The translations under genes were made by a program, and so were the position numbers. From Marsupella aquatica (taxonomy: Eukaryota; Plantae; Marchantiophyta), in contig OZ316898.1 of NCBI GenBank assembly GCA_973895155.1, positions 4,699,079 to 4,763,078 on the forward strand: a stretch of 64,000 nucleotides of DNA. Direction: 5' to 3'. Positions 1-12,975 of this stretch are shown piece by piece (position 1 is the stretch's first letter; each line of letters opens with the position of its first letter). Under the pieces are notes generated by a model. That model saw only the letters and a program-made list of their open reading frames with translations. It was not told the origin of the DNA and searched no databases.

Positions 1-319
1 TTACTGGGAGGGAGACAGGGGTCCCAATAGGAAGAAGCCCAATTAAGAGAAAAAAAAGCCCAAGAGAAAAGCCTGGTAGAGCTCAGGAGAAGTTTAATTT
101 TTAGGTGCAAATTTTAGCCAAATTCCATGTCCCCAAAAGTGTGCACCACTTTTGGCTAACAATGTTTTTATGCCATTAGCCACTTTCCCACCTAATCATG
201 AACCCCATTTGTCAGAATTCAACCCTCATCTGTAAATCGAGGGATATCTGATGGTCATGATGTAATCCAAGAAAAACAGACAAAGAATATTCTTAGCATC
301 TCCTCCCTTAGTGACCCAC

Positions 320-487
320 CACACTGGCTAAAAGTAAAAAACCTTTAAAAAACTGGCTAAAATTTAAAAAACCTTAAAAAATAAGCTTCTCAAGAGGGGA
401 ACTCACACTGGCTAAAAGTAAAAAACCTTTAAAAAACTGGCTAAAATTTAAAAAACTTTAAAAAATAAGCTTCTCAAGAGGGGAACT
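320..487. repeat. Two-copy direct tandem duplication of an ~85-bp A-rich unit
   Basis: cacactggctaaaagtaaaaa...aataagcttctcaagaggggaact occurs at ~320-403 and ~404-487, nearly identical. Confidence 0.85.
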
Positions 488-1849
488 TTGCAGGAGGGTC
501 ACCACAGTGTATGTATTGCTCCCCATGACCTATTCTAAATGAAGCCCAGAAACGACAAAGAACCAGAATGAATCATAGTAACCCAGATAGAATGTCTTGC
601 AACCTGCTACTCAGATAGTACTTTTCCTTCAAACCAAAGTCTGGTCTAACTTGGTGATCTAGGCATGAGGTCCTTCTATTTTAGATAGAAATGCACAAGG
701 TATTAAAATAGAAGTGCACAAGGGAACCCCAGACTGAAGACCAACCCCTACACAACCAGGTGAAGTCTCGAGCTGGCATGAGCTCCTCAAAATAATTCAA
801 GTGGTATGATGTGTGTATTCATTTGTCATAGGTTTCCACATTGAACTATGTTGGCCCTGTTTATGTCCAAATAGAGGTATTATTCAAATATACAGAGATT
901 GTGGCATCTCTCGAGTTCTAATTTGGGGACATTGCGTCTTGTCAGAGCATTGATTTGTAGCGAGTAGGGCACTCGAGAGTTTCTCACTGCCTTGTACAAT
1001 CGTTACTTTCGTCACTACCGTCGTCAAAAGGTCTATTTCCAATACTTCATTATCTGACAGAAACTTTTGGGATGGAGAACCCATGCAAGCTTATAACTCA
1101 TACTTAACATGCCCATTTCGTAGATCCCATCCAAGCAAAACATTTGCGATGGAGATCCCATCCATGCTTATAACCGAGAAAACTAGGAAAACAGAAGACA
1201 TTTCGTTAACATTACTGCCGGCAAAAATAAATTCACGCTTAATGCTGTATTTACCGATTTAGCACTCCTGAGACACCTGCACTCGACACCTACTGGGGCA
1301 TTAGCAGCATCTCCCGGATTACAACGAGTGCTGAATCCTGTAGAAAATGTGGCAATTCCTTTCTTGATATAGCATTTGTACAAGAAATTCAAGCTTCTGT
1401 TCCTCCTCTCTTTCAATAAATGGGTTCTGTACATGACAAATTGTCTGAAGTTGCACCTAAGCATCGAGGACAGAACCCTGCTCCTGCAAAGTTCGACGTT
1501 CTAATGACTTCACTAACCCATCACTATACAACTTTCAACACTTGTTGCACTACTGGTGTACGATGGAGCTCAGTATTCGTAAGCAATACAAGCTTTCGCC
1601 TTTCATGGTGCGTAACAAATGATTAATAAGCTCATTTTCTGACGAGCTTCAAATGGGAACCTGCCATTTTCATCCCCAACTCAAAGACCTGATACAAACA
1701 ATGATATTACATCTATCTTACCACTGGATTCAAGGCAGTCGAGTCTGCCACCTGCTCCTAAAGTGCAGATTGGGATGCCCAACAAAAATGTTTGGCAAGC
1801 ATGTAAACTCCAGAAGGGGGTGTCAGCATCTCACAGCATCAGCGATACA

Positions 1850-4273
1850 CTACATAATACTGCAATTTGGTTGCCCGCCAGATCCAAGTGCTGAGAAATC
1901 TGGAAGCCTGCCATCAGAACAATACACCGACCAAAGAGGGTAAGGGACTGATGCCCAAAGAAAATGCTTCTTTCAAAACAGCACTGCAGTAGGGGAGTCA
2001 AACAAGTAACATGTTAACAAGCTAGGTCCTGCGGTCTCATACCATTTAGTTTCTTCCAGAGTAGAATCTACTCCTCAGAGTAAGGGTTAGATTCACGAAG
2101 AATGAGTGACGCAACAAAAACAATCTCCAGAAAACCAGAAACCAGAAAGCCTGAAAACTTCGGACAGGTTTAGGAGCATACATGGGCAGCCCGTCCCGGT
2201 CCAAATCCAAGCCTGGAGCCAGTTCTTTTACAATGTCACTGGGTGGCTGTCCACAATTTTGCATACTTTGCATAAGGTTCATGATCTTCTGAAAATCATC
2301 GGGTGTGGATTGGTACACATCACACAGCTGCAAGATAAACTCATGTTGCCTGGAGTATCGGTTATAATCTTCCTGGCTTATTCGAGACTTGTTGGCAGCT
2401 AGCCATTCGGGATAGCGCTCCCCTATCTCCTTCATAGGTTCATGCAAGACCTCTTTAGATAACAATTGGCGCATCATAGTGTCCATGATTGATTGCATGT
2501 CCTTCATTTAACCAACAGGAGAACAAAATCAGTAGGCTAACGAGACTGGTAACAAAAAATGACGAACCAGGTTATAGTATCAAGAAAGCGTCTGAGTACG
2601 CCCCAGTTTATCTACCTCAAATTACCTGAATCTCGTAAGCTCCCTCACAGTCAGCTAGACACCACACCGTCATCTCCAACGGTCAAATAGAACTACTAAC
2701 ATGGGATAACTACTAATAGTGGATAGAGCACATTAGAACATTGGTATTACACTTCGTGCCGGGAGTCTGCTCTAGACCGCCGGTTTGCTAACTAGCTCCA
2801 CAAAATATCTGTCACAGGCACTAAAGACAATTTCCCGTCCCAAGGTTGCCTCACGGAATTGATTTGCACTACAGCTTTGAATGTGAATTTTTTAGAACCA
2901 AAAACCTTCTCGTCTGGCTACTAATTTTGCATTAAAGTTGTTGTATTTGAATTAACTTCTCTGCAGGCTATTTATTTCCATGAAAATTCTTCAAACGTCT
3001 TTAAGGAATTAATTACTGCTCCTGGCTGCTGGTGTGCCTTACAATTTCTCCAAGAGCTCTGTAGGAAAATGCATTTCGATCGTCTACTTCAATTCTCCTT
3101 TTCTTAGAATGTCTTGAATGAGGTCATTCAGACCTGATCATTTAATTCAAACTAAACTTACGAAATCTCTGCGTATGAGGTATTGCAAACAAAGGAGGGC
3201 ACCATACCTGAGTGCCGCCCAAATCTTCGAACTGCTTCATTAAGTTTTCTACCAACTCATCTCCCATCATGTTATCCTCGTCGACCGCGTCTATATTTCC
3301 CACTGTTTCTCGCGTCTGCTGTGCGAGCTTCTGCAAAGTGGCTGACAATGGTCCCTCTGGAGGTGGCATACCCAATGCTCTGGCTGCAGCAGCTCTGGAG
3401 CTGGTAGTACCATCAGAAGAAGATGAAGATATCCCTTTCCCCTTCGCTGTCTTCTTCTTCCCTGCCGTAGCCAATCCTGGCAATCCGAGCCCTAGTCCTA
3501 GCCCTAATGTTCCACTTGAGATTCCATCTGATCCTGAAGGCCCAGGCTGATCACCCTGTGGCTGCTGGGCTACAATGTCCTTTGACAGAGATCCCCCTAC
3601 GGAAGATGATGATGAACTGGTGGTGTATCAAAATTACAAGAAGAGTACAGCCTCCTGTCAGCTCTTGTTCCAGAACTTTCCTCTCTCAGAAAAAAATCAT
3701 TCGGACAGTGGTGGACCACGAGGAAAAGGGAAAACTCAGTAAAGCCCTAAAATCCATATGGACGAAAAACATCCAGAAAGAATGCAAAGAAAAATCCCGA
3801 CATCCTAAGACGAAGGACATTTGCTGCCAAAACCAGGCAAGCAAGATGGAGCTATTAATTCGAGATGGAGCTGAGTTGCACTCACGTCGATCCCAAAGAC
3901 TGGGTTATGTCGACTTTCTGGAAGTCATCCAGAGCACCTACAGGGCCATGAGCATCCAAGATATGTCATACAGATGCGAGAATGATGGGAGGCGACTCAG
4001 ACTTGCGTGGAAAAAGCGTCACGGGAAACAAAAACCAAAGAAACAAAAGAAAATTGGTAGACAAAACAACCACAAGGTGACCCCGGGTTCGCATCTCGAA
4101 GCTCGCCTGACAACCCCCATGCATGCATGCACGAATACGGTGACTGCTCCAAAGGTAACCAAAATTGCCCAAGGCGAGGTGGAAACGAAATCGAAATTCA
4201 CACAAAACGAAGCAATGGGAAAGACCGCGGGAAAATTCTACTCACTGTCCAGCAGCTCGTCCAGATCGTCCAT
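1850..4273 (-). CDS. PEX19: Peroxisomal membrane protein import receptor PEX19 (5 exons: 4273-4246, 3937-3886, 3616-3208, 2501-2182, 1907-1850)
   Basis: Spliced product starts [15 protein letters not shown] and contains GLGLGLP and [26 protein letters not shown]...[17 protein letters not shown]. It ends in a CaaX farnesylation motif (PNCSIM*). All introns are GT-AG and keep the frame. Confidence 0.95.
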
Positions 4274-5524
4274 GGCCCGCGCCTACAATCCCGATGCAAA
4301 ATGATCACAATTCCCTGCTAAATCAGAGCCTTTTTGCATCCTTTTCGAACGAGCTGAGCGCGCGAACACTCTCTCATTCAGTCCACTTCTCCAAGAACCC
4401 TAAGAACTGTACAAATGCTCATGGTGTTCCTGAAATCGGGTTCCATGCAGAATTGCGGAGGAATCGATGTTCACTTTCGAGAGCCCAAAGCGCACAGTAA
4501 TGTTTTTATAGCAACTGAGTTGTGTAAAAGGCCCTGAGGGTTTACCCCCGTTACACGTGCACAACGGATGCCACCTAGACATTGCTTATACTAAGACAGA
4601 ATGCACATTTTTGGAACCTAAATACGTTTGTGATTTTTCTTTTTGTGTTTTTGTGTGAATTGATTTTCCATATAGCTCCCTTTTTTTGAGGAGTGGATAA
4701 TGTAAAACTCAAATATAATTTTACTATGTAAAATATGATCTTTAAATTGTATCAAAGATCACAACATTTGATTTTAATTTCTTTCATGCATTTGGTGAAT
4801 TGCATGGCCCTTTAACTTCAATTAGGATCATTATGAGAATAATGCCCCTCAAAACTTGGGGTACTGCCCTTGTTTTTTTTTTGACAATATATCTCGCAAT
4901 GCCCTCTAAGCACTACATTATCCTATTCATAAATAGAGGTGGACATTTATATAACTTTTGCCATTTCAAAGATTCACACTGCCCCCGTCCCCATTTGCCA
5001 TTTTGGAAGACTCAATTTGCCCCCATCCCCAATTTCCACATGAGTTCACTGCTGCCAGGAAAGGCTCTAGTTATATGAAATAAAGTTGCTTAGGGGTGGC
5101 TTACAACACATCTGGGGGCCATCACTTCTTTTTATTATCTAGACCCTATAATGAATGGAATCAACTGCAATTGGCTCTAGTGTCTACTGATATTGCATGG
5201 CAAGGAGTTAATTTGACATGCCCTACTAAGAACAATCTTGCATGTATACAGCCCTTTCTTTTGAGGTCTTGAGTTCTTCCTAATATGCTTTTGCTAGGTG
5301 TCATTGGGCCTAATTTTAGCACCCTGCCTCATTTGGTCTTACTTTGAATTCACAGGTCAGGATTTGAAAGGCCAGAGAGCGTGGTATCCACTTTATATGC
5401 CACCTGACAAGGATATTGAGACTTAAAATTCTCAATCAATGTTTAAATGCTTTCCGGCCCTTGCCCTTGGCCCTCCACTGTGTCTGCCTCATGAGGAGGT
5501 TGAGCCATAAAATTCTCAAGCAAT

Positions 5525-6260
5525 GCCATATTTTAAGTGAAGGCCTGGAAAAAGAAGGTCTGCCCATATAGTATTGCATGTTCATCCTAGAATATGTTTC
5601 ATTTTATTTTTCTTAATTGGAGTGATACGTAACTATCAAAATCCAAAATTAGACAGATCCTAGGATAGCAAAGATTACACAATTATGAGGGGATTCAAAA
5701 ATAAATTCAAAAACTGGGGTTCCGTTTCTTAACCTACAAACAAAAATAGTTGCAATGTGATAAATAAAAGAAAATCAGTGGCAAGGTTTGCCAAAAAAGA
5801 GTGGCAATATAGTGAATCCAAGAATCTCAAACAAAGCATGAAATTTGGATTCACCATATTATCCATATATAAGTGAAGCCAAGTTGGATTCACCATATTA
5901 TAGGAGCATCAATATTTAAGTGAAGCCCTGGAACACGCCAAGTTGGATTCACCATATTATAGCAGCATCAAAAATATTTAAGTGAAGCCCTGGAAAAGGA
6001 AGGTCTGCCCACATGCAAGTTGGCTCCAAACAGAGAGAGGGATGCTCATCCTAGAACATGCTTGACTTTTTGTATGGTAGTGATGTGTAAGTGGATAAAA
6101 ATAGAGAATAAAACTAGAATCCATATTAAATGTGAATGTGAGTTTATATGATACAAAAAATGCACCTTGTTAAGGCACATTCAAATAAAAATACATGACA
6201 CAAAAATATTAATAAGAACACATGAAAGTTGGATTCACCACATAGTAGCCTTTTTAGAGT
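5525..6260. repeat. Cluster of short diverged direct repeats in the PEX19/ceramidase divergent intergenic region
   Basis: ttggattcacca(t/c)a recurs at ~5845, 5884, 5944 and 6229. ttaagtgaag(g/c)cctggaaaa...ggtctgccca recurs at ~5533 and ~5978. Confidence 0.6.
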
Positions 6261-6839
6261 TGGCTCTAAACAGAGTGAGGGATGCCCACATGTAAGTTGG
6301 CGCTCAAGAGAGAGAACAGTGAAGAGTAGACTGCAAAACATTTTTGGCTGTGAAAAAACTACAGTAAATGGCCACCTGGTTACGGAGCAGGTTAAAAACG
6401 TACCTTTTGGCGATCAAAGATTGGGACCCAAGTCATGAGTCTCTCTCTCTGTCCCCGAAGGCTACCTTTATGTAGACGCTTCGTGACCGGTGCGTTTAAT
6501 GTCTGCTGTTCAATGTGGAGTCGTCGGTAGGAGTCGGATCGAATTCTCATTTCAGAGTACCAGTCAACAGAAAAGGCACACCGATAGGCGATAGAGGTAT
6601 AGTGACTAGTAATGTTCGGAGCAGAGTGGAGCAGAGTGGAGCAGCGACTCTGGAGAAATGCTTTGAACATTTGAACATTGGCCGTTTGATTGGATTCGAT
6701 TGGAGTTTAGTTTGGTGGAGATTGTGAATCGTGGTGTGGTCTGTTCAGCTGCTCTGCTAATGTGATCTTGGGAGCGGGGTAGAACAGAGATTGGAGAACT
6801 GTTTTGAACATTTGCCCTTTCATTGGATTGGATTGGGTT

Positions 6840-6924
6840 GTAGTGTAGTGTAGTGTAGTGTAGTGTAGTGTAGTGTAGTGTAGTGTAGTGTAGTGTAGTG
6901 TAGTGTAGTGTAGTGTAGTGTAGT
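6840..6924 (+). repeat. (TAGTG)n pentanucleotide microsatellite, ~17 units
   Basis: Perfect tagtg run read directly. Confidence 0.97.
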
Positions 6925-8559
6925 TGAGATTGTGAAAACGTGGTTTGGTCTGTTCTGGTCTTGGGATCTTCTGAGCAGGGTGATGGCAGAGAGTGGAGAA
7001 ATATTGTGATCGTTTGGTCTTCGATTGAATTCGATTGGAGTGCATTGGAGTGAAGTGTCATTTGGTTTGTTCTGCTTTATCTGCGGAAAGGGAGGGAGGA
7101 GGAGCGAGATTTATTCTAAAGTGTGTGGTGGAGCGATCGTCGGCGAAGGCAGCCTGACGCAGGCCGGAGACAGCTAGAGATACAAAGGTTTGAGGCTGAC
7201 TTGTCTTGTGGCGTGCTACAGCTGTGTTCCTGTGCATCATTTGGTCTTCCCTGAGCATGGTCTGGAGAGAGTTTCTGTACATATTGGAGCGGAATAGAAA
7301 AAGGACTGCAGAGGTGAATTCCTTTTATAAAATCTGAGTCGGGTTCCTGGTACAGGAATTGTCGGCGGGCGGCCCGTTTACTTCTCTGGCAAGATTTTGA
7401 GGTGGAGGGAGTTCTTCTTGGTGCGCCGATTATAGAACCGTTAGTATCGAGCGGACCAAGAAATATCTCATTTACCAGCGCCTCCAATTGCATGGGATGG
7501 AGTGACGGGGGGTGGAACGGAATTGCTCCGTCAGATGGTTTGATTCAAGCCTGTGAGGTACTGTACAGTCCTCCTTTGCGCCAGCGGAGAGAGAAAAGGG
7601 AGACCGAGAGCCTGCTTGATTATTCTGAAATACTTTCCTTCATACAAGTATAGCATCTCTCAGAATTACTCCTCATTGCGGCGTGCTTTTACCGTTAGAT
7701 GCTGGCCTTCAAAAATCTACAAGAAACCAAATAAGGAGTTAAGCACATGGAACACTCCTCTAGACATTGTTTCGATGGATTCCCTCTCCTTATGGACAGC
7801 CTTTGTGGTTAGAAATCTCGTTCATAGATTCGTTTCAATCATTCCCTCTCTACAGCTGTAAGCTTGGATTTCTAGCTCTTGGAGTGGGCTACATCCAGTA
7901 AATTGTTTTTGTTCTCCTGCGGGACGGGAAGCATATTAGGTAAAGCGTCACGAACCAAAAGAGATCCGGAATTTAAATTCCCTGTGTAGCTGCTATTTGA
8001 ACCTTAGGTTCTGTTGGGATTTTTCAAATTTGCGAGCCTTTCAGAGTTTTATTAACTTATTTCGAATAATGCCTGGAGTAGTTCCTTCTGATGCGCTTTT
8101 AGTTCGGGCTATCTTGTCAAACTTTCGCGTTTGGAAACTTCTTGCCTACAGTAGGTCAAGCGCGTCTGAGATTATTTTTCGTTTTCGATATTTCCAATCC
8201 GAAGTTCACTTCATTACGATATCATTCATATGATAACTTCGCCTTGCAGCGACAAGAATAAAAGTGGGAACTAAAACTATCGGAAAAGGCAAAGGAAAAG
8301 GAGTAATCGAACAATTCAGCCGCTGCAACTTTGCAAAATTTATGAGGGCAATAAGCTTCTTCTTTGGAGGATTCTTCAATGACTTCTGTTTACTCCTTTC
8401 CAGCTCGTACATCTTGTTGTTCGGTGACGACGCGCTTCGTTGGTGAGCACATTATAACAACACTTGTTCGGGGAGGTGGCGGCAGTGGGATTCCTCGACC
8501 AAGCTTTTTCCGTCTTTCGGATAGGTCGCTTTGCAGCGAAGGGAAGTACATCATCGACG

Positions 8560-10930
8560 ATGGGACCTTGGGGTCAACGGGCGCTGATATGGGGATCGGC
8601 CGCGGCGATATTCGTGATTCTCATGCTGGTCACGCCCCGAATTCCTCAAGACGAAAGCTATCACAAGTTCGCTGACCGTCGCAATTTCTTCGGTTTGGAC
8701 CCCACCTGCTCTGTTGTCGTGACTGCGTAATAGAATCTCTTCTCTACTCTCAGCTATGCGGTGTCTGCTCATCTGTTGTCTGACTTTGGAAACTCTCAAA
8801 TTGATGAGAGCTTCTAGAAATTTGCGCCATGAGCGCCACTGATCGGTAGCGGGTTTTAGGGTTCTGTTTCGGCAGAGAAATCTTTCTCGGCTTATCTGAA
8901 GGTATGACGCAACGCTGACGAAGTGTGTTCACTCTTGTCAGGAATCCCGAACACCTTCAACGTGGTTTCCAACTTCCCTTTCTTGATTATTGGTGTCATC
9001 GGATTAGTCCTAACATTGCACGGGAACAATTTTGGATTGAGGTATGCTGGCCTTCTCCCCGAACTCGCTTCTTGGCTGTCCTCTCATTGTGGCACGTAGG
9101 CAGGAAAATTTGTCGAATCACTGTTGTTGACTTGAGAAGTGATAATTTCCCTATTGCGTTTGATTGGCAGCCTCAAGGGAGAGGTATGGGGGTGGACTGC
9201 GTTCTTCATTGGAGTGGCATCCACTGCGTTTGGTTCTGCCTATTATCACTTGAAACCCAATGACGCTCGACTTGTGTGGGACCGTCTGCCAGTGAGTATC
9301 TGTCATTTGCTGGACATTGTGAGGGCATTGTGAGTCACGCACAAATTTACAGCCGAACCGAATGTTTCCGAGAGCCGAGGCTCTATTTTGCACTCACTGT
9401 CTGCCGGCAGACAAATTATCTAACTGATTATCAAACTTCAATGGCGGTTTTGATGGGCTTGGAACAAAATAAGATGCATGGACCAGAAAAGCTAGACCTC
9501 TGGGTTGGCTATGGCCCGAATCGACATTCAGAATTTCTGAGTTGGAGCAAATCTATGAATCATGGCTCATTCATTTCTCGTTTCACATGAAATGTAGGCG
9601 GAAGTGACTCATGGGCTTATCTGACATGCAACGTATCCTTTCCCTATCAATGTGGAATGTTTAAGAGAAGTTCTCTCTGAAAATAAAGTGATTACGTGTA
9701 CAACGATTTTTTGTGCAGATGACAGTGACTTTTTCATCAGTGATGGCAGTCTTTATTATCGAGAGAATAGATGAGCTCACTGGACGAGCATCTCTACTAC
9801 CACTTCTTGGGGCTGGCCTTGTGAGTGTGACGTACTGGAGGTGAGTGAGTGCTTGTTTCATTAGCGCATTTTAACCTATTTGCATGGTTTAGCGAATTGC
9901 TTCTATTGAATATAACCGCTTCTCGGAGTTATGAACTCTGAGTTATCAACACAATGAGGATATCCAGGGTGTTACTGGAGCTTGACGGAGACAGCAGTCA
10001 TTTGAATTTTACGGTGTCATGGTGATTGTTTGTCTAGCGTTTGTACTGCCCAGTGTTCGAGGTGGATGCCCGTTCAGTTTGCTCCCCTCCTAATTGTAAT
10101 TTGATCTTTCTAGAATCTGTGTGCTTGGGTTTCCAACCTAGATAGAGTTAATCTCTTAAAAGTTTCGCTAAGTGAACTCACTTGGACTTATTTACCTCGA
10201 GATGGGAGCTGCTTTTTGTTTGAGATACGACGAGGAAGAGCGCAATTAATCCAATCATGCCGTAGTAATCGGCTGCTTGGTGCACCTAATCGTGCACCCT
10301 GACTATTACTAGAAATCTGGTCCTGAGTACAGTGCTCTGAATTTCTGGCACGGACCATTCAAGGTGAGATGTTGTTTGATACTGCAGGTTCGCAAATGAT
10401 CTTCGGCTGTACGCACTAGTACAATTTGTTCCCTGCCTTGCAGTTCCGGCAATGACCATTGCTCTTCCTCCTAGATATTCTCATTCCGTCTACTGGCTTT
10501 GGGCCGCAGGTGACGTAAATTCACAGTTTTCAGCCGTTATAGGAACTGAGATAGTCATGCTGGCACTTTTTCACTTCTTTCGGTCGGATTCATAGGGTTG
10601 GCTTCTCAAATACTGATGTGGTCAATATCTCGGGCTTTCATTCCCAATGAGCACAATGCTCTAGCTTGGCTATACTTGCTGCTACCTATAGGACGTTATT
10701 GATCTCAAAGTTTCTACATGTCTGCAGGGTTTTATTTACTTGCAAAAGTGGAGGAAGCACTTGATATGAAAATCTACAGATGGACAAGGTTGTGGGTGAG
10801 CGGACATACGTTGAAGCATCTGTGCTCTGCGATGACCCCAGTTTTTATCATAATCATGCTTTACAAGCGAAACATGAAAAATGAGAGGTGGTTCCACAAT
10901 CCCACGCGAATTCACATGAATGAATTGTAG
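8560..10930 (+). CDS. Alkaline ceramidase/phytoceramidase-family multi-pass membrane protein (exons 8560-8692, 8942-9041, 9171-9291, 9719-9840, 10388-10509, 10728-10888/10930; last exon uncertain, possibly 11106-11187)
   Basis: Spliced motifs IPQDESYHKFADRRNFFGIPNTFNVVSNFPFL, AFGSAYYHLKPNDARLVWDRLPMT, DLRLYALVQF and SGHTLKHL are typical of the CREST/ceramidase-like plant family. Introns are GT-AG. Confidence 0.88.
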
Positions 10931-12975
10931 GAGAAGATATGCCGTTTTCAGATGGATCCAGCTTTCTATTTCGAAATGCGATTTTATAGACTCGGTGTGG
11001 CTGTGAGTTTAACCATACAAGTTGAAGAATGACGGGAGTTGATCTGAACTAGCCGTAGCTTAGAAGTCATTTGTTCTGGTCCAACGATGATTGTCATTAG
11101 AACAGGATCGTGTTGGATTTTGAAGGTCCAATTTTAGCATCCTCGTGCTGTAATGGCTCTATCAGTTGGAGGACATTTTCTGGTTAGCCATGACCGCTGC
11201 TGGAAGGCAGTGACCAGCCAACTTTGAGAGGGCTTTTGAACCAGATCCTTTGTGTGACTATTACTGCTGGGAAGGAGAGTGGAAAGCCTGTAGTATGACA
11301 TTAGTCACGTGTGCAGTGTTTCCTATATATGTACTAAAACTACGTTGCTGATCCTCAAGCTGCCCATGAGCTCAGCAACTTGTTGTAAGCTTATTTTTAT
11401 CTGTGGCTAAGTGATATCTTGTCCAGTGTTCAAATTTATTTGGAGTGGAGAAGGGTTGTTGTAATGTGTTGTAAACCTGTAGATTCCATTTTACTTGCTG
11501 TTCACATTGTGTTGCAATCTGCTTGGCATCTAACTGGAGTTCCGTTGATTTCTGCATCTCATATTAAGCTGTCCTAGAAAATGTAGTTGCCGTCTTTTTC
11601 CTCGATAAGTATTTTACCCACAGTTGGAAGATTCTGCGGTGACTGTTTTTATGTAATGACTTGTGTGCGATCATGAGCAGCCCTACGGCTCCGCTGTAAC
11701 TAACGCAGGGCACATCTTTTGGTAAATGTTGCGCCGGATACTTCTTTCGTCGAAGTGTAACTGATTCGTTTCGTGATGATTTGACTTGAAGGCAAAGCAT
11801 GATGGACAAATGGAGAGGGAGATGGACGGAGGGTGCAAATAACAAGAGAGATCCAACACTACCGACAACTTCCAGGTGGAAGCAATATTGGTCTAATGGC
11901 TCTCGAGAGGAGACGGAAAGTCTTGTGGTCCAGTAAATGTTAATTGGAGTTCACATCAGAGTATGATTAGGAGTTTCAGCATCTAGAGCAAGATTCCTGG
12001 CGCGTGTCCCAGAGGTGGGAAGCAAGACCATAGGCAAACAGGTTTTCGTTTCTAGTCGAGAGAGTGATGGCGTCTCCTATCTCCTTTAGATAAGTTCTCC
12101 TTTGGCAGGGTCCCAAGTCTACAAGTGGCGGAGTCCTGAGCACATCGCAGGATATGTGATTTCTACCGAGTCACACTTGTTGGAAAGCTTGGGTGTTGTG
12201 AGGTGTAGGGTTTGGGAGTGTAGAAAATGAAATTTGACGTCACTGGTCAGTTTCACGGATAATATACTGTGCTTAGCGACGAACATTTTGGAGGCTTTTC
12301 TACTGTCAAGCGTAGCTCATTCCCATTGTTAACGCTAATTTAAAACTCTCACATCACCAATATAGTGAACGTTGTCAAGCTCTCTTCTCTATTGAGGATC
12401 TTATGATCTGTTCTTGGGACATGGAACAAGGTCAGTGGTGATAAGAACATGTCAACGTGGAGAAACTAGATGAAGGAAGGTCCCCGGCTAAAGGCTTGAA
12501 TGGATAACATCGGTAAACGATGGCAAGGAAGTTCTCGATAATGGCTTGCATTCATTCCATCACCCACATGATGGCAAGGCTCGGTATATATGGGTCCCAA
12601 TAAACCTTAAATACATCGGATCCATACACCCACGGCTTAATATTTGGCTGGGAACATTTAGTTGTATGGCCTAGACAAGGCATCACACTATTGTTGCATT
12701 TTGCTTTCTCTTCCGTGCTAATTAAGTTTACTTAAAAAAAATTACTTCTTTGTAAGAGACGATCCATTTTGCCTTTCTTCACAATTAGTTCTTTCGACAC
12801 TTAACGGGCAATTACTCTCCAATTTGGAGACGAGAAATGCACATTGCGGTTGATCCAGGGACGCAATAATCAGATGCTAGGTGTACAAACTACTTCTTTT
12901 ATCAATTGTGAACTTTTCTACGAAACTAGGCTCTAAATGCTTTCTAAAGTACACGACCCACTTTCAACACTTTCA

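Noticed and set aside
3507-4304. 265-aa antisense ORF over PEX19
   Set aside because: No recognisable domain. The Lys-rich composition mirrors the T-rich PEX19 introns on the opposite strand.
6606-7061. ORFs with HYTTL repeats
   Set aside because: They are translation artefacts of the (TAGTG)n microsatellite.
9633-9645. U12-like donor GTATCCTTT inside ceramidase intron 3
   Set aside because: No TCCTTAAC branch site before the acceptor, and the canonical donor at 9292 already gives the conserved protein.
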